Source: an uncultured Pseudomonadota bacterium (GTDB taxonomy: Bacteria > Oederibacteriota > Muellerivitia > Muellerivitales > Muellerivitaceae). From it: 64,000 bases of DNA. The translations under genes were made by a program, and so were the position numbers. The notes under the pieces are model-generated. The model did no database searches. It saw nothing but the letters and a program-made list of their open reading frames with translations, and was not told where the DNA came from. Shown here in pieces: positions 1-8,519 of this stretch (its first letter is position 1; each line of letters begins with the position of its first letter). The stretch is taken from positions 224,001 through 288,000 of the forward strand of contig CAWJKT010000004.1 in NCBI GenBank assembly GCA_963843375.1, in the 5' to 3' direction.

Positions 1-2
1 CG

Positions 3-1134
3 GGAGTTGTCTTATACAACACGCCAAAGGAAGGTTTTCAATGGACCCTGGATAATTTTTTCACGCCTGTGTTCCTTGCCGGTTCTCTTTTCGCAGGGGC
101 GGGAGTGGCGGCCATTTGCCGGTGGTTCTCGAGAAAGGAAATGTCCCGACTTAGCCTCCCTCACACTGAGTGCCGCCTGCCTGGGCTTGGCTTTGATGCC
201 GTTGGCATTGAATTACGGAGCCAACGACCAAAGCGACTATACCGTTTCCTACGATGAGGGGCTAAATATGCTCAAGACCGCCAGCCGTAACGGGGTGATC
301 CTGTGCAACGGGGATATCGACATTCTTCCTTTATGGTACCTGCAGTTCGTGGAGGGAAAAAGGCCCGAGGTGGCGAGTTTCACCACCATGTTGGTGGGTC
401 TTCAATGGTACCGCGACGATATTTTCCGCCAGTGGCCCTCCCTCCAGACCGCCCTTCAAGGCGACGGGCCTTCCGATACGGTCGTGGAGGATATGATCCA
501 GGCCCACGGTTCCCAGCGGCCCTTTTACGTCACCAATATTTTTATCCAGGGTGCGGCCTGGCTTGGGAAGGACCATCTCATGGTTCCCGACGGCCTTTTG
601 TGGCGTCTGGCCGATACTCAGGGACAAAATTTTGCCTTCAACTCGGCACGGCTCAACCAGCTCTGGTCCAACTATGACCTGCGCAACCTGGGCCCCCCGA
701 AAGGAAAATACTGGGACGATTACACCGACGTCATGAAGGATTCCTACGGCCAGGCTTGTTCCTTTACCGGCGATGTGGCCATGAGAACCCAAAACCCGCA
801 ACTGGCCCAATGGAGCTATGAGAAAGCCTTGGAATATCACCAGCCCCAGCAAAGGGGAGTGACCTACCTAAGCCTGGCGGACGCCGAAATGGCGATGAGC
901 CGCCCCGTTGACGCTGTTTCCCACTATCAGCAGGCCTTTCGTTCCGGTCTCCCCCAGGCCTATGCCCCCTTTGTCTACGCCCGATTGGGGAATGCCTTTC
1001 TGATGGAAAAGGATTTTGTAAATGCGGAGGATGCCTTTCATTTATCCCTGCGGCTCAATCCCCAGCAGAAAGAGGCGTTGGACGGCTTGCGGCAATTGGA
1101 CCAACTCCGGGGAGAATCAAATCCCCGTTCTTGA
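3..1134 (+). CDS. C-terminal part of a DUF2723/TMEM260-like membrane glycosyltransferase with C-terminal TPRs; 5'-truncated by the window edge, apparent +1 frameshift near 135-150
   Basis: Frame 3 from base 3 reads GVVLYNTPKEGFQWTLDNFFTPVFLAGSLFAGAGVAAICRWF (TM segment). Frame 1 continues LALMPLALNYGANDQS...NGDIDILPLWYLQFVEGKRPEV, followed by TPR-like helices (YARLGNAFLMEKDFVNAEDAFHLSLRLNP). Confidence 0.65.
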   Translation, partial: ELSYTTRQRKVFNGPWIIFSRLCSLPVLFSQGREWRPFAGGSRERKCPDLASLTLSAACLGLALMPLALNYGANDQSDYTVSYDEGLNMLKTASRNGVILCNGDIDILPLWYLQFVEGKRPEVASFTTMLVGLQWYRDDIFRQWPSLQTALQGDGPSDTVVEDMIQAHGSQRPFYVTNIFIQGAAWLGKDHLMVPDGLLWRLADTQGQNFAFNSARLNQLWSNYDLRNLGPPKGKYWDDYTDVMKDSYGQACSFTGDVAMRTQNPQLAQWSYEKALEYHQPQQRGVTYLSLADAEMAMSRPVDAVSHYQQAFRSGLPQAYAPFVYARLGNAFLMEKDFVNAEDAFHLSLRLNPQQKEALDGLRQLDQLRGESNPRS

Positions 1135-1160
1135 TAGGTATCCGTGGATGGAGGCTGGAG

Positions 1161-1316
1161 ATGTTGGACAAAATGCCGAAGGAAGAACCTCGAAGCGAAT
1201 TAACCACTGAAAATAAGATTTTAATTATTGTTGTTGAACTTGGGTTGCTTTACTTGTTTTTTCAGGTCCTTGTTGGCGTTATTAAAGCTTTGACGAATGG
1301 GGAACTCATTACTTGA
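1161..1316 (+). CDS. small single-pass membrane protein, paralog 1 (51 aa)
   Basis: GAGG/GGAG RBS before ATG 1161; MLDKMPKEEPRSELTTENKILIIVVELGLLYLFFQVLVGVIKALTNGELIT; similar to the next two ORFs. Confidence 0.6.
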   Translation: MLDKMPKEEPRSELTTENKILIIVVELGLLYLFFQVLVGVIKALTNGELIT

Positions 1317-1367
1317 TTTCTTGCCAACATTAGTAGTTTTATATAATCCGATTCAGGGAGATTCTTA

Positions 1368-1532
1368 ATGTTGGATGAAATGCCGACAGAAGAACCCAGA
1401 GGTGAGACAACAACGATCAAAAAGTTTTTCATCATTGTTGTTTTTATTGGAATACTTTACTTGTTTTTTCGTTTTGGCGTCATTGGGGTTATTAAAGCAT
1501 TAGCGGGGGGCAGGGGTTTTGGAGCATCTTAG
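1368..1532 (+). CDS. small single-pass membrane protein, paralog 2 (54 aa; not in ORF track)
   Basis: Hand translation: MLDEMPTEEPRGETTTIKKFFIIVVFIGILYLFFRFGVIGVIKALAGGRGFGAS; GGGAG RBS upstream. Confidence 0.6.
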   Translation: MLDEMPTEEPRGETTTIKKFFIIVVFIGILYLFFRFGVIGVIKALAGGRGFGAS

Positions 1533-1547
1533 TTATTGAGGCTTGAA

Positions 1548-1688
1548 ATGCTGGATGAAGTGCCCATTGAAGAAAATCCCAAGACCCCTACAAGGTCCAT
1601 CAGGATCCTCGCCTTCATTCTGTTTGCGGGAATAGCCTGTCTCTTCTTTTACCTGGCCTACAAAGCCCTGACCATCGTCCGCTTTTGA
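1548..1688 (+). CDS. small single-pass membrane protein, paralog 3 (46 aa; not in ORF track)
   Basis: Hand translation: MLDEVPIEENPKTPTRSIRILAFILFAGIACLFFYLAYKALTIVRF; GAGG RBS upstream. Confidence 0.6.
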   Translation: MLDEVPIEENPKTPTRSIRILAFILFAGIACLFFYLAYKALTIVRF

Positions 1689-1813
1689 TCCATTCTTCCC
1701 AAGAACAACTTCAGGATAAAACTGGAAAACTATTCGGTTTTTGATATAGTCAATCCCGTTCAACACGCCTTCCGACACTTCCAATTCGACATCCCCACAA
1801 CCCAGGAGTTTTC

Positions 1814-2179
1814 ATGCGCAAGTTCGCCAAAACCCATGAGTGGTACGAAGATTTAGGCGCCGGCAAGATTAAGATCGGCATTTCCAAACACGCCGCCCAC
1901 GAACTCTCCGACGTGGTTTTCATTGAACTGCCTGATGTTGGAAAAAAACTTGCCGATAAGCAAAGCCTATGCGTCCTGGAATCGGTGAAGGCCGTGGCTG
2001 ACGCTTATTCCCCCGCTGGAACGGTAGTGGAAGTGAACACCAAACTGAAAGATCAAGCGGGACTCGTGAACCAAGACCCGGAAGGGGCGGGCTGGATCGC
2101 CATCGTGCAGTTGGACAATCCTAAAGCCCTGGATGAGTATTTAACCGAAGAACAATATCTCGCCACGCTCTCTCATTAA
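1814..2179 (+). CDS. gcvH: glycine cleavage system H protein
   Basis: THEW, IGISKHAAHELSDVVFIELP, lipoyl-Lys motif ESVKA, VNQDPEGAGWI; AGGAG RBS. Confidence 0.95.
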   Translation: MRKFAKTHEWYEDLGAGKIKIGISKHAAHELSDVVFIELPDVGKKLADKQSLCVLESVKAVADAYSPAGTVVEVNTKLKDQAGLVNQDPEGAGWIAIVQLDNPKALDEYLTEEQYLATLSH

Positions 2180-2191
2180 ACGGAGTTTTTT

Positions 2192-4918
2192 TTGGCCTAT
2201 ATTCCTATAACCCCTGAAGACGAAAAAGAAATGCTAAAGGTCATCGGCGTGAAAGCGCTGGACGACCTTTTTGCCGATGTATCCCCTTCCCAGATCCTCA
2301 AGAATGGTCTGAATCTTCCCCACGGACTTACCGAACCCGAGCTCAAACGCTTCTTTAATATGATCGGCAAAAACAACCAGCCGGTTTCCGACCGTCCCTG
2401 CTTTTTGGGCGCGGGGCTTTACTACCACGAGGTGCCGGCAGCGGTGAAGGCCGTGGTAACCCGACCCGAATTCCTTACCTCTTACACCCCTTATCAGCCG
2501 GAAATTGCGCAGGGAACCCTTCAAGTGTTATTCGACTTCCAAACTTACATGGTGGAACTGACGGGGTTGGAAGTTTCCAACGCCTCCCTTTACGACGGGG
2601 CTTCCGCCGTAGCTGAGGCCACTCTCCTGGCCCTTCGCATCAAAAAGGCGGAATCCTTTGTTTATGTGTCCCAAGCGGTCCATCCCGAATACCGCCAGAC
2701 TATCCAGACTTACCTGAATCCACTCGGCCATAAGATCCGGGAAATCGGGTTGAAGGGAACCGAAACCGATATTGAACAACTTAAAACCGAACTTTGGCCC
2801 AATTCGGTCGTCGTGATCCAATATCCCAATTTCTTCGGCACCATTGAGGATTTGGCGGCCATTTCCAAAATCTGCAAGGAGAAGAATTCCTATCTGGTGG
2901 TGGCCGTGGCGGAGGCGATGAACCTGGCCCTTTTGCCTACTCCCGCTTCCCTAGGAGCGGACGTCTGCGCCGGAAGCGCCCAATCCTTCGGAAATATTCT
3001 TGAATTCGGCGGGCCCCATGCGGGTTTCCTGACCGCCCGGTTCGACGATATCCGGCAAATGCCGGGCCGCATCGTGGGAGAAACAGTTGACCGAAACGGT
3101 AAAACGGCCTGCGTGCTCACCTTTCAGGCTCGCGAACAGCATATCCGCCGGGAGCGGGCGGCCTCTAACGTTTGCACCACCCAATCCCTGATGGCCAATT
3201 TCGCTTCCGCTTGGCTTTACTTCAAGGGCGGCAAGGGCGCCCAACAGGTTGCCAAAGACGGAGCCGCCACAGCCCATACGCTGGCCACCGAAATCCAAAA
3301 GATACCCGGATTCAAGGTTGAAACGGTCCGTTACGCCAATGAGTTCGTGGTCCGCCCGCCCTCTTCCGGTTTTGCCGATTTCATGGCCGAGTGGGGCTTG
3401 GTGGCCCCCTATGATTTGTCCCATGATTATCCCGAGTTCAAGGATTGTGTGCTGGTCGCTTGCACCGAATTGACGTCGTTGGAAGATATGGAAGCCTTCA
3501 TCTCCGCCTGCGAAGAATTTTCAACCAAAGGACACGCCGGAAAGGTCCACCAAAAGCCCACCGAACTTCCCAAATGGATCAAGCCCCGTATCCCCGCCGC
3601 TATTCAGGAACATCCTGAAGTGGATCTGGTGCGTTATTACACCGACCTGGCCCGCAAAAATTTTTGTATCGACAATGGTTTTTACCCGCTGGGCTCCTGC
3701 ACGATGAAGTACAACCCGAAAGTTCACGAGGAAATCGCCTTCGCCGACGCCTGGGCCAACCTTCATCCCGCCCAGCGCGAGGACGAGGCGCAAGGCGCCT
3801 TGCAGGTAATGTACGATCTGGAACATTGGCTTCAGGAAATCACCGGTTGCCACGCCCTGACGCTCCAGCCCGCCGCCGGGGCGCACGGGGAATTGACGGC
3901 CCTTTTGATGGCCAAGCGCTATTTCGCGGACAGGGGCGAGCACCAGAGGGTCAATGTGATCGTGCCGGACTCGGCTCATGGAACCAACCCGGCCTCCGCC
4001 ACCATGGCTGGCTGGAAGACCGTCTCCGTCCCTACCGATAGCCGGGGCAACATGGATCTGGAGGCCTTGAAGGCCAAACTAGGCAAGGACACGGCGGTTT
4101 TGATGCTGACAAACCCAAGCACGCTCGGGTTGTTCGAGGAGCATATTCTAGAGGTAGCAAAGCTGGTTCATGACGCGGGGGGTCTTCTTTATTACGATGG
4201 CGCGAATATGAACGCTATAGTGGGGATTTGTCGTCCGGCGGATATGGGATTCGACCTGGTGCACCTCAATTTACACAAGACATTTTCCACTCCACACGGC
4301 GGCGGGGGTCCGGGATCGGGGCCGGTGGGTTGTACGAAAACCCTCGAACCCTATTTGCCTGAGCCCAGGGTGGCCAAGGAAGGGAACCGTTATTTCCTGA
4401 AGTTTGGTTCGCCCCAATCGATCGGCCGGATGAAGGGAAATGTTGGCAATTTCGGCGTGCTGTTACGGGCGCTGGCCTATTGCAAGAGGAACGGCAAGGA
4501 AGGTTTGGAAAGAGTGGGCCGCATCGCCACCTTGAACGCCAATTACCTTTTAGCCCGGTTGAAAAATCACTATCCAGTGGCTTACGACCGCATTTGCAAA
4601 CATGAGTTTGTTCTAACCGCGGAGCCTTTGAAGAAGAAGTACGGCATTTCGGCGCTGGACATCGCCAAGCGCATCATCGATTTCAACTACCACCCGCCCA
4701 CCATTTATTTTCCGCTGGTGGTGCCTGAATCCATCATGGTGGAACCCACGGAGACCGAAACCAAGAAAACTTTAGACGAGTTCGTGGACGCGATGCTTAA
4801 GATCCGCACTGAGATGGAAATTAACCCGGACGTTTTTAAGAACGCGCCTTACTCGACGCCCGTCTCCCGGCTGGATGAGGTGAAAGCGGTTAAAGAACCC
4901 AAACTGGTTAAAAAATAA
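2192..4918 (+). CDS. gcvP: glycine dehydrogenase (decarboxylating), fused GcvPA + GcvPB-type halves
   Basis: N-half is GcvPA-like (YIPITPEDEKEML, FLTSYTPYQPEIAQG, AREQHIRRERAASNVCT). C-half is GcvPB-like (EVDLVRYYTDLARKNF, YPLGSCTMKYNP, PLP motif HLNLHKTFSTPHGGGGPG, MVEPTETE). TTG start. Confidence 0.92.
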   Translation: MAYIPITPEDEKEMLKVIGVKALDDLFADVSPSQILKNGLNLPHGLTEPELKRFFNMIGKNNQPVSDRPCFLGAGLYYHEVPAAVKAVVTRPEFLTSYTPYQPEIAQGTLQVLFDFQTYMVELTGLEVSNASLYDGASAVAEATLLALRIKKAESFVYVSQAVHPEYRQTIQTYLNPLGHKIREIGLKGTETDIEQLKTELWPNSVVVIQYPNFFGTIEDLAAISKICKEKNSYLVVAVAEAMNLALLPTPASLGADVCAGSAQSFGNILEFGGPHAGFLTARFDDIRQMPGRIVGETVDRNGKTACVLTFQAREQHIRRERAASNVCTTQSLMANFASAWLYFKGGKGAQQVAKDGAATAHTLATEIQKIPGFKVETVRYANEFVVRPPSSGFADFMAEWGLVAPYDLSHDYPEFKDCVLVACTELTSLEDMEAFISACEEFSTKGHAGKVHQKPTELPKWIKPRIPAAIQEHPEVDLVRYYTDLARKNFCIDNGFYPLGSCTMKYNPKVHEEIAFADAWANLHPAQREDEAQGALQVMYDLEHWLQEITGCHALTLQPAAGAHGELTALLMAKRYFADRGEHQRVNVIVPDSAHGTNPASATMAGWKTVSVPTDSRGNMDLEALKAKLGKDTAVLMLTNPSTLGLFEEHILEVAKLVHDAGGLLYYDGANMNAIVGICRPADMGFDLVHLNLHKTFSTPHGGGGPGSGPVGCTKTLEPYLPEPRVAKEGNRYFLKFGSPQSIGRMKGNVGNFGVLLRALAYCKRNGKEGLERVGRIATLNANYLLARLKNHYPVAYDRICKHEFVLTAEPLKKKYGISALDIAKRIIDFNYHPPTIYFPLVVPESIMVEPTETETKKTLDEFVDAMLKIRTEMEINPDVFKNAPYSTPVSRLDEVKAVKEPKLVKK

Positions 4919-4985
4919 CCCTCAATTCCCCGGTTCTTGGTTTTTGAGAGGGCTACCTGAGGGGCAACCTCTTGGTCAGCATCTC

Positions 4986-5348
4986 TTAACTTTTCATCAA
5001 GAATTCGTTCCCGTCGGGGTCCTTGAAAGAAGCGAAGGTTCCGAAGGGCATCCGATTCGGGGCCATTCCCATTTCCACCCCTTTATCCTTAAAATCCAGG
5101 AAGGTTTTTTCCACGTTGTCGCATTGGAAGACGAGGGAAGGGTTTTTCTTTTCCCAATCTTTCATGATCGACCGGGGGTAAAGAACAATTCTCGTTTGGA
5201 TTTTTGGAGGGCCCACTTCCAGCCAGTAGAGGCCGTTGCCCATTTCATTTTTGGCCAAGACCTCGAAGCCTACCTTCTTTACCCAGAAGTCCTCGGCTTT
5301 TTGCTGGTCGGTCACATAAACCGCTTGGGTGGCAATGTGTTGGATCAT
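4986..5348 (-). CDS. VOC/glyoxalase family protein
   Basis: AVYVTDQQKAEDFWVKKVGF...FASFKDPDGNEF. Confidence 0.9.
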   Translation of the reverse strand: MIQHIATQAVYVTDQQKAEDFWVKKVGFEVLAKNEMGNGLYWLEVGPPKIQTRIVLYPRSIMKDWEKKNPSLVFQCDNVEKTFLDFKDKGVEMGMAPNRMPFGTFASFKDPDGNEFLMKS

Positions 5349-5409
5349 TGCAGGCCTCCGTGTTTTTTAAAAGATACTTTCTTTTTTAACAGGAACCCGG
5401 CTGGACAGC

Positions 5410-6345
5410 TCAGGCCGACAGGGTGCCTTCGGCCAATTCCTCCATTTCGTTTTCCAATTGAATGCGGGCCATCTCCAGTTTTTTCTTGCGCTCCGACGTG
5501 ATTCTGGGGAATTCCAGACCCAGGGAAGTGATAGTTCCAGTCAGGATATCCGCCACCAGGGTACGAGAGGCCCATTTGTGATTGGAGGGTATCACGTACC
5601 AGGGCGCCCATTCAGTGGAGGTGGCGGCCAGGGCATCCTCGTAGGCCTTCATATAATCGTCCCAATAGGCCCGCTCGGGCAGGTCCGAATCCGAGAACTT
5701 CCAGTGCTTGGCAGGGTTGTTCAGCCTTTCCAAGAGGCGTTTGCGCTGTTCCTCTTTGGACATGTGCAGGTAGAACTTCAGCACAATGATGCCGTTTCGG
5801 GTGAGGTGCTTCTCAAAGTGGTTGATGTCGCTGTAACGGTGCCGCCAGATATTTTCGCCCTTCACCCCGGGCGGCAGTTTTTGGTTTTCCAGATATTCGG
5901 GATGCACCTTCACCACCAGGACGTCCTCATAATAGGAACGATTGAAGATGCCGATGCGTCCGCGCTGAGGTACGTTTTTCATGTAGCGCCAAAGGAAATT
6001 ATGGTCAAGCTCGTCGGGCGTGGGTTTCTTGAAATTGTGCACCTGGCAGGCTTGCGGGTTGAGGCCCGACATGACGTGTCGGATAATACCGTCTTTTCCC
6101 GCCGCGTCCATGGCTTGCAGAATAACCAGGATGCCGAATGTGTCCGAAGCCCACAAAAGGTTCTGCGCCTCGGCCAGGTTTTCCAGGTTGCGCTTGAGGA
6201 TTTTCTTGGCCAGCTTCATGACCCTTTCCTCGCCGAACTTGTCCAAGAGGTCCTTATGGGAGGCCCAACCTGGATCCAGGTCCTTGAAGTAAACGGGCTT
6301 GCCGGGCTTGACGACGAACTTGTTCAGAAAACTTTTCTGCATCAT
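5410..6345 (-). CDS. ppk2: polyphosphate kinase 2 family protein
   Basis: Walker A LQAMDAAGKDG, FNRSYYEDVLVV, KHWKFSDSD, APWYVIP. Confidence 0.93.
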   Translation of the reverse strand: MMQKSFLNKFVVKPGKPVYFKDLDPGWASHKDLLDKFGEERVMKLAKKILKRNLENLAEAQNLLWASDTFGILVILQAMDAAGKDGIIRHVMSGLNPQACQVHNFKKPTPDELDHNFLWRYMKNVPQRGRIGIFNRSYYEDVLVVKVHPEYLENQKLPPGVKGENIWRHRYSDINHFEKHLTRNGIIVLKFYLHMSKEEQRKRLLERLNNPAKHWKFSDSDLPERAYWDDYMKAYEDALAATSTEWAPWYVIPSNHKWASRTLVADILTGTITSLGLEFPRITSERKKKLEMARIQLENEMEELAEGTLSA

Positions 6346-6521
6346 GGAGTTTCTCCTCGGGAGATTCAGTTGAAGGCGGACTATTATGCAAAGGACCTGC
6401 CATCAGGTGTCCAGGGTCCCCTGATTTTAACCTAAATGTAACAAGCGCCCCTATTCAAGCATTTTTACTTACAAATCCTTCGTTTTTCCACAGTCAAGGG
6501 GAGCCGAACCCGTTAAAATCG

Positions 6522-8006
6522 ATGTTCATGAAAAATACCGACCATCCCAATCTCCTTCTCGACATCGCTGTGAAGGCCATGGTGGAAAAAGGTTTCGAAC
6601 CCGATTTTCCATCCGACGCCCTGAAACAATTGGCGAGCCTAACCGAACCTTCGCAAAGAGAGGAAGGTTCCCCGAAAGACCTAACTCATCTGCTTTGGTG
6701 CTCCATCGACAACGACGATTCCCGGGACCTGGACCAACTGACGGTGGGTGAAAATCTTCCGGAAAACCGGTTGAAAATTTACGTGGCCGTGGCGGACGTG
6801 GATGAGCTGGTGAAATTAGGAACGCCATTGGACCTTCACGCCAAAAAGAACACCACGTCGGTCTACACAGGCGTCAAAATTTTCCCCATGCTGCCTGAAA
6901 AGCTTTCTACCGACCTGACTTCCCTCAACGAAAACCAAAAGCGAGCGGCTTTGGTCATTGAAATGACCTTGGACGCAGAGGGTCATGTGGCGGTTTCGCT
7001 GGTCTACCGGGCCTGGGTTATAAACAAAGCCAAGCTTACTTATAACGGGATCGGGGCCTGGCTGGAGGGAAGGGGCACCCTACCGCCCACTGCGGCCAAG
7101 GTGACGGGCTTAGCCGAAAACCTGAAATTACAGGATGAAGCCGCCCAGCGACTGAAAAGCCTTCGACATCAACAAGGAGCCTTGGAACTGGAGACCCTCC
7201 AACCCCGTCCGGTGACCCTGGACGGGGAAGTGGTGGACCTGGCGTTGGAGTCCAAGAACCGCGCCGGGGAATTGATCGAGGATTTCATGATCGCGGCCAA
7301 TGGTGTTACCGCTCGCTTCCTGACAACCGCCGGCTTTCCCACCTTGCGCCGGGTGGTCAAGATTCCAGAGCGATGGGATCGTATCGTTTCCGTGGCGCAA
7401 GATCATGGGGAAAAATTGCCGACCGAACCCGACTCCAAGGCCCTCAACGAGTTTCTCCTGCGGCAAAAGAAAAAAGACCCGCTTCGTTTTCCGGACCTGT
7501 CCTTGACCGTCATCAAGCTTATGGGGCGGGGCGAATACGTAACGGAGATGCCAGGCCAGGCGCCCTTGGGCCATTTTGGTCTGGCGGTAAGGGATTACAA
7601 TCACTCCACTGCCCCCAACCGCCGTTACCCGGACCTGATCACCCATCGCCTCATAAAAGCCGCCCTAGTCAAGGAGTCGCCGCCTTACAGACGAGACGAT
7701 CTGAATTCGCTGGCTTTTCATTGCACCCAACAGGAGAACGCCGCGGACAAGGTGGAAAGGCAGGTGCGAAAATCCGCAAGCGCGCTCTTTCTTTCCAAGC
7801 GCATCGGCGAGCATTTCGATGCTTTGGTTACCGGCGCATCGGGCAAGGGCACTTGGATCAGGCTTTTGAAGCCGGTGGTGGAGGGGAAAGTGGTCCAGAA
7901 CACCCGGGGGTTGGACGTGGGGGATCGCATCCGGGTGAAACTGATCAACGTCAATGTGGAGCAGGGTTGGATTGACTTCGCCAATACGGGTCGCGCGGAT
8001 AGGTAG
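6522..8006 (+). CDS. RNB-domain exoribonuclease (RNase II/R family) with C-terminal S1 domain
   Basis: SIDNDDSRDLDQ, IEDFMIAAN, HFGL...YNHSTAPNRRYPDLITHR. Confidence 0.92.
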   Translation: MFMKNTDHPNLLLDIAVKAMVEKGFEPDFPSDALKQLASLTEPSQREEGSPKDLTHLLWCSIDNDDSRDLDQLTVGENLPENRLKIYVAVADVDELVKLGTPLDLHAKKNTTSVYTGVKIFPMLPEKLSTDLTSLNENQKRAALVIEMTLDAEGHVAVSLVYRAWVINKAKLTYNGIGAWLEGRGTLPPTAAKVTGLAENLKLQDEAAQRLKSLRHQQGALELETLQPRPVTLDGEVVDLALESKNRAGELIEDFMIAANGVTARFLTTAGFPTLRRVVKIPERWDRIVSVAQDHGEKLPTEPDSKALNEFLLRQKKKDPLRFPDLSLTVIKLMGRGEYVTEMPGQAPLGHFGLAVRDYNHSTAPNRRYPDLITHRLIKAALVKESPPYRRDDLNSLAFHCTQQENAADKVERQVRKSASALFLSKRIGEHFDALVTGASGKGTWIRLLKPVVEGKVVQNTRGLDVGDRIRVKLINVNVEQGWIDFANTGRADR

Positions 8007-8008
8007 AA

Positions 8009-8290
8009 ATGAAAAAATGCCACGCTTGCGGTGAAATGTGGGAAAGTTCGCCGGGCACCCAACCGGGCCGAAATGAAATCTGCGCCAAATGCGGGGCGGA
8101 TCTTCACTGCTGCCTCAACTGCGGTCTTCACGATGTTTCCCTCCATAACCAATGTTCCAGCCATTCCACCGAGTACGTGAAAGACAAGGAAAAGCGCAAT
8201 TTTTGCGATGAGTTTGAATTCTCCTCCAAAGGCGGCGGAAATAACCCGGGAGGCGGTATGGAAGAAAAATGGAAGGATTTGTTCAAATAA
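8009..8290 (+). CDS. small Cys-rich (zinc-ribbon-like) hypothetical protein
   Basis: CHAC...CAKCGADLHCCLNC...NFCDEF; starts directly after the RNB gene stop. Confidence 0.75.
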   Translation: MKKCHACGEMWESSPGTQPGRNEICAKCGADLHCCLNCGLHDVSLHNQCSSHSTEYVKDKEKRNFCDEFEFSSKGGGNNPGGGMEEKWKDLFK

Positions 8291-8327
8291 AAGGCTAGAA
8301 TCTCCAAACTTTGAAAGGAGGCTTCAA

Positions 8328-8504
8328 ATGAAAAACGTCGAAATGAAAGTGGAAGGCAATATTCTGACCCTCAAAATCGATCTCTCCAAAGAATTCGGGC
8401 CGTCGGCCTCTGGCAAAACCACCATCATTGCATCCACCGAAGGCAATATTTCGGTGCCGGACCGCGATGAGAAGGTTGGATTGAACGTTTATAAAAAGAA
8501 ATAA
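8328..8504 (+). CDS. small conserved-looking hypothetical protein (58 aa)
   Basis: Strong AAGGAGG RBS; MKNVEMKVEGNILTLKIDLSKEFGPSASGKTTIIASTEGN...GLNVYKKK. Confidence 0.8.
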   Translation: MKNVEMKVEGNILTLKIDLSKEFGPSASGKTTIIASTEGNISVPDRDEKVGLNVYKKK

Positions 8505-8519
8505 TTCCAAGGAGACCGC

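Noticed and set aside
1321..1347. TTGCCA…TATAAT promoter before small ORF 2
   Set aside because: The spacer is only 15 bp, too weak to call.
1689..1813. Glycine riboswitch upstream of gcvH/gcvP
   Set aside because: No GGAGA…CCGAAG…CTCTCAGG aptamer signature is visible.
5458..6435. 325-aa plus-strand ORF opposite ppk2, and similar long overlapping ORFs such as 34986..35915
   Set aside because: Antisense or alternate-frame shadows of well-supported genes, with no motifs or RBS.
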